In this document: positions 57,138-64,000 of the stretch, piece after piece
How positions within the stretch are numbered: position 1 is the stretch's first letter
Layout: each line of letters opens with the position of its first letter
Origin: Bdellovibrionota bacterium FG-1
GTDB lineage: Bacteria > Bdellovibrionota > UBA1018
Direction: 5' to 3'
NCBI GenBank assembly: GCA_051382295.1
Contig: JBBCAW010000062.1
Location: 32,001 to 96,000, forward strand
Length of the DNA: 64,000 nucleotides
The notes under the pieces: model-generated
What the model was told of the DNA's origin: nothing
Databases searched by the model: none
What the model saw: only the letters and a program-made list of their open reading frames with translations
Position numbers and translations under genes: made by a program

Positions 57138-59293
57138 TGCGCTGCGCTATTAATAAAAAAGGTTTTGGTTGCGACGAACTCGGCTCTAGGAGAAAACCAA
57201 AAGGCATGCTTCGTCATCTTTTACCGCTTCTTGCCCTTTCCTTGACCTTGGATCACATTGCACCCCAACTGGGTTGGGGGGGGCAACTTTCTGAGCCCAT
57301 GCCACTCAAAACTACAAACGAAGCACCCACCGCCTCAGCTGCGGAGAACCGCGATTTTCGCGAAATTTCGACTCTTTATGCACGCGGCGCTTTTGAAGCC
57401 ACACTCATCAAGCTGGATATTTTCGAACGCAGATACCCACAAAGCCCTCTAGCTCCCCAAGTAGCCAATCTTCACGGATTGAGCTTCCTGCTGACTCAAC
57501 GACCTTCCCAGGCAATCGCACACTTTAAACATGCACTGGCGGTGGGAGCCGATCATCCAACGCTGATCCCCTATCTCAACTACAATTTGGCCGACGCCCA
57601 ATTCGAGGCCAAACAACTCGATGACGCCCGAAAAACAGCCTCAACGATCGATCTCGATCGCATGGATAAAGAAAACCGACTCAAGGTTCTCTATCTGCGG
57701 GCTCGAATCCACTCCCAACGCGGCTTACCCCTTGAGGCCGCTCGGGAGGCTCTGAATGCCGGAAAGCTCGCCCTTCCGCAAATGCAGATGACCCAGGCAA
57801 CGCCAGGAGAAACTCGCAATGCCATCGCCAATATTCTAGAGCAAAATCTTAAGGCCATCAAAGATCCAGGTGAACTTGAGGATTTATATCAAGGCTCTGA
57901 AGACTCTACCTTAGCCGATGCCGTATTGTTTAGGCTGGGCACGATTGAACTCGAGAATGGTGCCAATGAAAAAGGGACAACTCATCTTAAACTCCTCATG
58001 ACCCGCTTTGCGGATAGCCCACATTATGCTCAAGCTGCTGCATGGGTTCAAAATAGCGCCAAAACTAATCCATCTCCGTCCCCCACTAGCCTGACACCTC
58101 CCGGTCGAGACGGTGGCCCAGTCGACGGAAAAGCCGTAGGGATTCTCCTGCCCATGCGGGGCAAGTTTGCCAAGTTTGGAACCAGAACGTTGCAAGGCAT
58201 TGAGCTCGGGTTCAAGATCTTCAACGCCAACGAACCCGATAATAAAATCACTCTTTTTGTCGAAGATAGCGGAGAAGACCCTGAGACAACAATCAAGGCC
58301 CTCGACAAACTCGTCAAACAACACCATGTTATTGCCGTCATTGGCCCCTTACTCAGCAAGGGGATTGACCAAGTGACGAGCCATGCCGAGGAGCTGGGCA
58401 TTCCCCTGATTTCTCTGGCCCGCCACCCAGGAATCCAATCAGATTTTATTTTTCAGGCGGGACTTACCATTAAACTTCAGGCTCAGGAGATCGCGCGTTT
58501 TGCGATTGAAAAGCTGGGCCTAAAACGTTTTGCGATTATTTACCCTCGAGACAAAACGGGCGAAGACAGCATGCAACGTTTTTGGGACGCAGTAGAATCA
58601 TACGGTGGGAAAATTCGAGGCGTCGAGTCTTTTAACCCTGGCGAAACGGACTTTAGACAGGCTATTGACCGTCTCTCTGGCCTTTATTACACAGATGCGC
58701 GGGAAAAAGAACTGGAAGAACTTGCACGCCAACGCCAACTCAATAATATCAAAAAACGCACTCGCAAGACCGAACAGTACTTTGCACTGCGTCCCGAGGT
58801 CGATTACGATGCCGTTTTTGTGCCAGAAGAGCCTAAGGTTGCGGGACAGATTTTACCCACTTTCGCTTACCGCGACGTAGACCACATCAAATTTCTGGGA
58901 ACCTCTGCCTGGAACTCACCTGAACTATCGGCCCGCGCAGCCAACTATGCGGAGAGTGCGTATTTTTCTGACGCATGGATACCTGATAGTTCTTCACCAG
59001 CGGCCCGCAAGTACGCTGAACACTTCAAAGCAACATTTGATCAAGAGCCGGGAACAATGGATGCCCTAGCTTATGATAGTGCCCGCCTTTTAGACAGTAT
59101 TTTGAGCCAACACTCGTCGATCGGTCGATCTGACCTACGAGATAAACTCAAAGAGATCAAAATGTTTCCCGGAGTCACCGGACAAATATCATACAAAGAA
59201 GGTCAGCTGAGTCGAAACCTCAAAATTTTGACGGTAAAAGGTCCAAAAATTATCGAAGCCGCCGTCCCAGCACTGTCCCAGCCCGAAAAATAG
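57137..59293 (+). CDS. TPR plus periplasmic-binding-fold protein (LpoA/penicillin-binding-protein activator-like); start may be 57205
   Basis: N-terminal TPR-like helices; VGILLPMRG, AVIGPLLS, DAVFVP, ALAYDSA, FPGVTG. Confidence 0.8.
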   Translation: MRCAINKKGFGCDELGSRRKPKGMLRHLLPLLALSLTLDHIAPQLGWGGQLSEPMPLKTTNEAPTASAAENRDFREISTLYARGAFEATLIKLDIFERRYPQSPLAPQVANLHGLSFLLTQRPSQAIAHFKHALAVGADHPTLIPYLNYNLADAQFEAKQLDDARKTASTIDLDRMDKENRLKVLYLRARIHSQRGLPLEAAREALNAGKLALPQMQMTQATPGETRNAIANILEQNLKAIKDPGELEDLYQGSEDSTLADAVLFRLGTIELENGANEKGTTHLKLLMTRFADSPHYAQAAAWVQNSAKTNPSPSPTSLTPPGRDGGPVDGKAVGILLPMRGKFAKFGTRTLQGIELGFKIFNANEPDNKITLFVEDSGEDPETTIKALDKLVKQHHVIAVIGPLLSKGIDQVTSHAEELGIPLISLARHPGIQSDFIFQAGLTIKLQAQEIARFAIEKLGLKRFAIIYPRDKTGEDSMQRFWDAVESYGGKIRGVESFNPGETDFRQAIDRLSGLYYTDAREKELEELARQRQLNNIKKRTRKTEQYFALRPEVDYDAVFVPEEPKVAGQILPTFAYRDVDHIKFLGTSAWNSPELSARAANYAESAYFSDAWIPDSSSPAARKYAEHFKATFDQEPGTMDALAYDSARLLDSILSQHSSIGRSDLRDKLKEIKMFPGVTGQISYKEGQLSRNLKILTVKGPKIIEAAVPALSQPEK

Positions 59294-59393
59294 ACCCGGC
59301 AATATCTGCCCTCTTTGCGATGCGCAAAAACCCCGTCATACTAAAACAAAGGAGCATGATGCTCCCTTGAATAGGATCAGTCAGGAGGACTGA

Positions 59394-60800
59394 GTGGGAT
59401 TGCGCTTTGACCCGATCGGTGGGGGTCAATTCAAACAAGCCGTCAAAGCGATGGTGGACGCTGAAAGCCAGCCTATCCGCCAGATGGAGGTGCGTAAACA
59501 ACGCGACGAAGCCAAGCTCAAGCTTTTTCAGGAATTCAAAAATAAATTTCAAGGCATCGATAAAGCGATTACCGAGCTCGGTTCCTTTCAAAAATTTCGA
59601 GAACTCAAAGTGGATCTGGGTGAAGGTGCTAACAGCGTATCCGTCACCATCGATCGCGAGAAAGCCCAGCCCGGCAGTTACGAACTTGAAATCGATCAAT
59701 TGGCCGCTAGAAGTTCCATGATCTCCAACGGCTTTGACAGTTGTGAGGAGCCCATTTTGGGAATGGGCTTTATCACGATGCAGCTGGCGAACGGCGAATC
59801 CGCCGAGATCTATGTGGATGATTCTGATTCGAGTTTGCGTGGCGTAGCCAATTTGATCAATAAGGAGGCTGACTCGCCGGTGCGCGCGGCGGTCATCAAA
59901 GATGCCGGAGACCCAGAAACTCCATGGCGCCTCATTATTTCGGCAAAAAAAGACGGCGCAGACAACGCGATCAATTTTCCGGATTTTTACTTCCTCGATG
60001 GGGCTCAAGATTTTTACGTCGACGATAATCGTGACGCGGAAAACGCGCGAATCCAAGTCGATGGATTTTCGCTTGAGGCCGATAGCAACGATATCACCGA
60101 CTTTTTACCGGGGATCAACATCCATCTCAAACAAGCCAAGCCGGACCAACCCTTTATGATGATGATCACCCAAGATTATCAAAAGATTGCCGGAAAGATG
60201 AAGTTCTTGGTTGAGGAAGTTAATAAAGTTCTTGATTTCATCGTCAAACAAAATCAGATCGACGAAAAATCCGACACCCGTACGACATTTGCTGGTGATA
60301 CCACCCTTCAAAGTATCGAATATCGCATCCGTAATCTGATGCACGAAGGTTACCCTACCGGCGATCCCGAAAGTGATGACTTCAAACTCGTTTTCCTGAA
60401 CCAGCTGGGCGTTGAGTTTCAAAAAGACGGTACCCTTCAATTCAAGGAAGAAAAGTTTCAAAAAACGCTCGAAAAGGATTTTGACGGAATCTCTCAGGCC
60501 ATATCCGGCGAAATCGGTTTTGCTCAACAAATGCGTGGTGCTTTGGATGCGTTTACCCGCGGAACCACCGGCATCTTAGCGACACGCGAAACCGGACTCA
60601 GAGCACGGATCAAGGAAATGGACCACCAAATCGAAACTAAACAAGCGCAAGTGGACCGCAAGCAGCAGGCCCTGACGGAGCAATTTGCGCGTCTCGAAGG
60701 ATCTTTGTCGACCATGCAGCGTCAGTCGCAGTACCTGTCCGCCACGATGCCCGGTGCGGGCGGCGGCGGAAACTTAGTCTCTCAACTTTTAGGCGGTTGA
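59394..60800 (+). CDS. fliD: Flagellar filament cap FliD
   Basis: PGSYELEIDQLA, SN.I....PGI.I.LK, C-terminal QFARLE..LS.MQ.QSQYL; followed by fliS. Confidence 0.92.
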   Translation: MGLRFDPIGGGQFKQAVKAMVDAESQPIRQMEVRKQRDEAKLKLFQEFKNKFQGIDKAITELGSFQKFRELKVDLGEGANSVSVTIDREKAQPGSYELEIDQLAARSSMISNGFDSCEEPILGMGFITMQLANGESAEIYVDDSDSSLRGVANLINKEADSPVRAAVIKDAGDPETPWRLIISAKKDGADNAINFPDFYFLDGAQDFYVDDNRDAENARIQVDGFSLEADSNDITDFLPGINIHLKQAKPDQPFMMMITQDYQKIAGKMKFLVEEVNKVLDFIVKQNQIDEKSDTRTTFAGDTTLQSIEYRIRNLMHEGYPTGDPESDDFKLVFLNQLGVEFQKDGTLQFKEEKFQKTLEKDFDGISQAISGEIGFAQQMRGALDAFTRGTTGILATRETGLRARIKEMDHQIETKQAQVDRKQQALTEQFARLEGSLSTMQRQSQYLSATMPGAGGGGNLVSQLLGG

Positions 60801-60828
60801 TTGTTTTAACTAGGAGAATCAATAGGTT

Positions 60829-61218
60829 ATGGTTAATAATTTCGGAGCTAATCACTACAAGCAAATGGCGGTGAAAACCGCAAGCCGCGGCCAGATCTTG
60901 CTGATGCTTTACGAAGCAGCGATCAAAAACGTCAAATTTGCGACGCAAGCAATCGAGCGAAAGGATCTGGTGCAAAAAGGCCTCTACATCGGAAAAGCCC
61001 ACGACATCATCAACGAATTGACGAGCACCCTCAATTTTGACGTCGGCGGAGACATTGCTCGAAATCTCGAACGACTGTACAATTTTATCGTGGAACAGTT
61101 GATCAAAGCCAATATCGAAAGCAGCAAGGAACCCCTCATTGCGGTTCAAAAAGTTTTGGAAACCCTCCATGAGGGCTGGAAGGTTGCAGTCGAACAGGTC
61201 AACAGGGGCGTGAAGTGA
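60829..61218 (+). CDS. fliS: Flagellin export chaperone FliS
   Basis: TAS...LLMLYEAAI, KAHDIINEL..TLN, IA.NL..LY.F, L.EGW. Confidence 0.95.
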   Translation: MVNNFGANHYKQMAVKTASRGQILLMLYEAAIKNVKFATQAIERKDLVQKGLYIGKAHDIINELTSTLNFDVGGDIARNLERLYNFIVEQLIKANIESSKEPLIAVQKVLETLHEGWKVAVEQVNRGVK

Positions 61219-61667
61219 GGGAAAGTATGGCGCCGACATCATACGTCATTAAGCTTCTTGCTAGCAAAAATCGCTATCTGCGACGCTATTTGTCGATCTC
61301 CCAGGATTTTCTGGCAAACGCTTTAACCGGCAATTTATCTCAACTTTTTGAGGTTGAACAAAAGCGCGAAAAACTGATTCAAGCGATCGGCGTTCATAAT
61401 CGAAAAATTTCTGACCTCATTAGAGACCTTTCACCTGAATTTCGAACACCTGACCTAGTGGCATGCGCTCAAGCCCAAATGACAGAAGAGGCTGAGGTCG
61501 TTCAAAGCATCCTGAAGGTCGATGATCAAATTATTGAATGTATCGAGCTCGAAAAATTACGACTTAAAAAGGAACTGTTACAGGCCCAAAAACGTAAATA
61601 TTTAGCAGGTCGCTTTAAAAGCGGGTGGATTTCCGAATCTGGAGAAGGACTGGATAAAAAAGTATGA
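61215..61667 (+). CDS. Helical hypothetical protein in the FliT position
   Basis: GTGA overlap with fliS; coiled-coil character. Confidence 0.65.
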   Translation: MRESMAPTSYVIKLLASKNRYLRRYLSISQDFLANALTGNLSQLFEVEQKREKLIQAIGVHNRKISDLIRDLSPEFRTPDLVACAQAQMTEEAEVVQSILKVDDQIIECIELEKLRLKKELLQAQKRKYLAGRFKSGWISESGEGLDKKV

Positions 61668-62815
61668 GTGACATTCGAGAGATTGTGAACAAGCAGTTGA
61701 GGCAGGGCGAACTCGATTTAATAGACGTGGTCGCGATTCCACAAAACGGTGACCGAATGGTCAGACTTCGTACTCTCGAAGAGGCGCTGGATGATTTTCA
61801 CAGCAACAATTCCTCCGAAACCGTGAGTTATCTGATTCAAGTCAAGCCGTCTGATGGGCCCATGGCCGCCAAAAAACCAAGCGCCACCACCGCTTCCCCA
61901 ACAGGCCAGAACATTTACACGCCCGACGGGAAGTTGAACGTTCCCTACCTGACTCAAAATGCTGAAATACTTTTCAAGGCAGGTGAAGTCTTATTGGCTC
62001 GAAACGTCTTTAAGGCCATTCACGACTCTGGCGAACGGACCGGAATGGCCCTTTTCGGGATCGGACGTTGTAATGAGGCGGAGGGAAAGTTGGACGAAGC
62101 TCGAGCTAACTATGAGGAGTCCATTGCCTACCACCCAACGCTAGAGATCTATCATCGTTTGGCAGCTCTCCTCACCGAACAAAAAAAGGAACAACTCGCT
62201 GCTGAGGTTTTTGAACGCGCACTCAGTCTTAAGGACCTAGATCTCACCACTCGTTTTGAGCTTCATAAGGCTTGCGGCAATTGTTGGACACGAGCCAAAG
62301 TACCGGCATCAGCCGAACACCACTTCAAGTCGGCGCTAGAGGTTGATCCCTCTGCGGACGAAATTCGCTCGAATCTCGCCGCTCTTCACCTTCAACAACA
62401 AAACTCGGGGGAGGCTAAACGTCACTTTGAGGATGCTCTCGCCTCAAACCCAAAAAATGACCGCGCGGAAATTGGACTCGCCTCTTGTTACCTGGCCGAA
62501 GGCGATAAACGCCAGGCTCACGACCATTTTGCCAAGGCTCTTGAAATCAATATTCAAAATCCTACGGCGATTTACCATCTCGTGAAATGTGCCTACGATA
62601 TCCGCAGTTACGCCACCGCAGCTCGCGTGGTTGAGGACTATATCGAGGTGGCCCCAGTCAACCCGAATTTACTCTATAGCTTGGCGGGGCTTCAATTTCA
62701 TTTGGGTCGAGGTAACGATGCTCGGCATACCGCAAATCAGATTTTGCAAATGAGTCCGGAACACAATGGAGCTAAGGAGCTTATCAAACTGATCGACCGT
62801 TTTATCCAAGCATGA
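61664..62815 (+). CDS. Tetratricopeptide repeat protein
   Basis: Multiple TPR-like repeats (A...F..AL..DP/NP); ATGA overlap. Confidence 0.85.
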   Translation: MSDIREIVNKQLRQGELDLIDVVAIPQNGDRMVRLRTLEEALDDFHSNNSSETVSYLIQVKPSDGPMAAKKPSATTASPTGQNIYTPDGKLNVPYLTQNAEILFKAGEVLLARNVFKAIHDSGERTGMALFGIGRCNEAEGKLDEARANYEESIAYHPTLEIYHRLAALLTEQKKEQLAAEVFERALSLKDLDLTTRFELHKACGNCWTRAKVPASAEHHFKSALEVDPSADEIRSNLAALHLQQQNSGEAKRHFEDALASNPKNDRAEIGLASCYLAEGDKRQAHDHFAKALEINIQNPTAIYHLVKCAYDIRSYATAARVVEDYIEVAPVNPNLLYSLAGLQFHLGRGNDARHTANQILQMSPEHNGAKELIKLIDRFIQA

Positions 62816-62848
62816 AGCTTGAAGAAAACATTCTGTCATGGAGGACGA

Positions 62849-63010
62849 ATGGCTGTAGATACAACTCTTCTAAAAGGTGAAGTCGTCGCGGAACCCAAGG
62901 TCGATAAGCTCGATGTGGAGGGCTTGCTCGCTGATTTTTTGCGAGCTTTATTAGTTGAACAGAACATTGAAACGGGCCAGATGAGACAAGAAAGACCGGT
63001 GCAACAATGA
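62849..63010 (+). CDS. Small hypothetical protein
   Basis: GGAGG SD before ATG (MAVDTTLLKG); the stop overlaps the next ATG. Confidence 0.45.
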   Translation: MAVDTTLLKGEVVAEPKVDKLDVEGLLADFLRALLVEQNIETGQMRQERPVQQ

Positions 63011-64000
63011 GTGCATCCACTGAGTCCCCGCAAACCTCAATTACTCCGACGGCCAAACCCATTCGATGTTTGGTCATTCAACTCACCAGACTGGGGGACA
63101 CTCTCCAGAGCCTCATGGCGTTAAGGGCGGCGAAACAGCTTTACCCTCAGCTTGAAATTCATTTTGTGGCACGGGAACGTTTCGCAGCCGCCGCCAAACG
63201 TACTCCTTGGATTGAAAGTGTGATTACCCTGCCCACCGACCAAATCTTGGGCTCTGTCATTCGTGGCGAAAAGCCCGAACAGCAGGCGATGGGCGATTTA
63301 GCCCGTTGGGTCGCGCCTTTAGTCGAAAAACCCTGGGATCTTGTAGTCAATTGGTCCTATTCCGAATCTAGCAGCTTCTTGACTGGACTTGTCCCTGCCT
63401 TTATCAAGCTTGGATATACTCGCAACCGGGACAAAAGCTTTTCGAGCGCAGATGGCTGGAGCCATTTCATTCAGGCCATTGTTCAAGGCGGGGTTCCTCA
63501 AAATATCCACCTGACGGACGTTTTGACCACTCAGCTGTTGACCGCCCTCCAAATTCATTTTGGTGACCCTACCAACGATGGCAACGCACCCGTGACATCC
63601 AAAAGTTTTTTTCAACTTGAAATGGGCGAGCGGGACCTGGTTTGGGGTGATTTTTCGCGTAAATGGATTGGCTTCCAACTCGGTGCTGGCCATCCCAGTA
63701 AAACTTGGGATCCCTCCCACTGGGCGGGGCTCGCGCGGCAAATTCTTAATAAACATCCGGAATGCAGCATTGTCTTGTTAGGTGGCAAAGATGATTCGGA
63801 CCGCGCGCGACAGTTCATGACCCATCTCAACCTGGACGAGAAAGAGCAACGCCTCGTATTATCACTCGTAGGTGAAACCGACTTTGATCTCTGGGCTTCG
63901 GTGGTCGGGCGGTGCTCGTGGGTTTTTGCGGGTGATACGGCTGTGGTTCATCTTGCCAGTGTTTTAGGTACCCGCGTTTTCAACCTTTCTATCGGTCCTG
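63007..64000 (+). CDS. Glycosyltransferase family 9 (heptosyltransferase-like), truncated by window end
   Basis: Hand-translated: CLVIQLTRLGDTLQS, IGFQLGAG..SKTW, GDTAVVHLASVLGT. Confidence 0.88.
   Translation, partial: MSASTESPQTSITPTAKPIRCLVIQLTRLGDTLQSLMALRAAKQLYPQLEIHFVARERFAAAAKRTPWIESVITLPTDQILGSVIRGEKPEQQAMGDLARWVAPLVEKPWDLVVNWSYSESSSFLTGLVPAFIKLGYTRNRDKSFSSADGWSHFIQAIVQGGVPQNIHLTDVLTTQLLTALQIHFGDPTNDGNAPVTSKSFFQLEMGERDLVWGDFSRKWIGFQLGAGHPSKTWDPSHWAGLARQILNKHPECSIVLLGGKDDSDRARQFMTHLNLDEKEQRLVLSLVGETDFDLWASVVGRCSWVFAGDTAVVHLASVLGTRVFNLSIGP

Noticed and set aside
59250..60056. 268-aa antisense ORF over fliD, and the many other antisense ORFs in the track
   Set aside because: Shadow ORFs opposite well-supported genes, with no recognisable motifs.

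Overview
Bacterial chromosomal window of roughly 50% GC. The gene content (TIGR02147-like regulators, pilT-pilC-pilR-ribF synteny, secreted proteins with an N-terminal GGG motif) suggests a Bdellovibrionota/Oligoflexia-like organism; this is inference. The housekeeping backbone contains pilT/pilC/pilR, ribF, a ParA-family ATPase, type III glutamine synthetase, a MoxR-DUF58-Bat operon, dnaB-rplI-rpsR-rpsF, tatC, an M16 protease, hemW-grpE-dnaK-dnaJ, fliD-fliS and a partial GT9 gene. The most interesting region is a toxin-antitoxin-rich island at about 32.3-36.7 kb carrying three copies of a ~440-bp direct repeat (32300, 34207, 34657). On the minus strand each copy has a palindromic upstream site and a sigma-54 (-24/-12) promoter. 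The predicted +1 falls exactly at the edge of a near-identical 278-281-nt core. The core has base-paired 5' and 3' ends and a hairpin-occluded Shine-Dalgarno, and it encodes a 45-46-aa basic-then-hydrophobic peptide absent from the supplied ORF track. A terminator-like hairpin on the opposite strand overlaps the ribosome-binding site, next to a copy-specific hypervariable loop. This architecture is that of a type I (antisense RNA) toxin-antitoxin module, apparently sigma-54-controlled, and I do not recognise the family. Function is inferred and untested. Family assignments come from motif recognition, not database searches.
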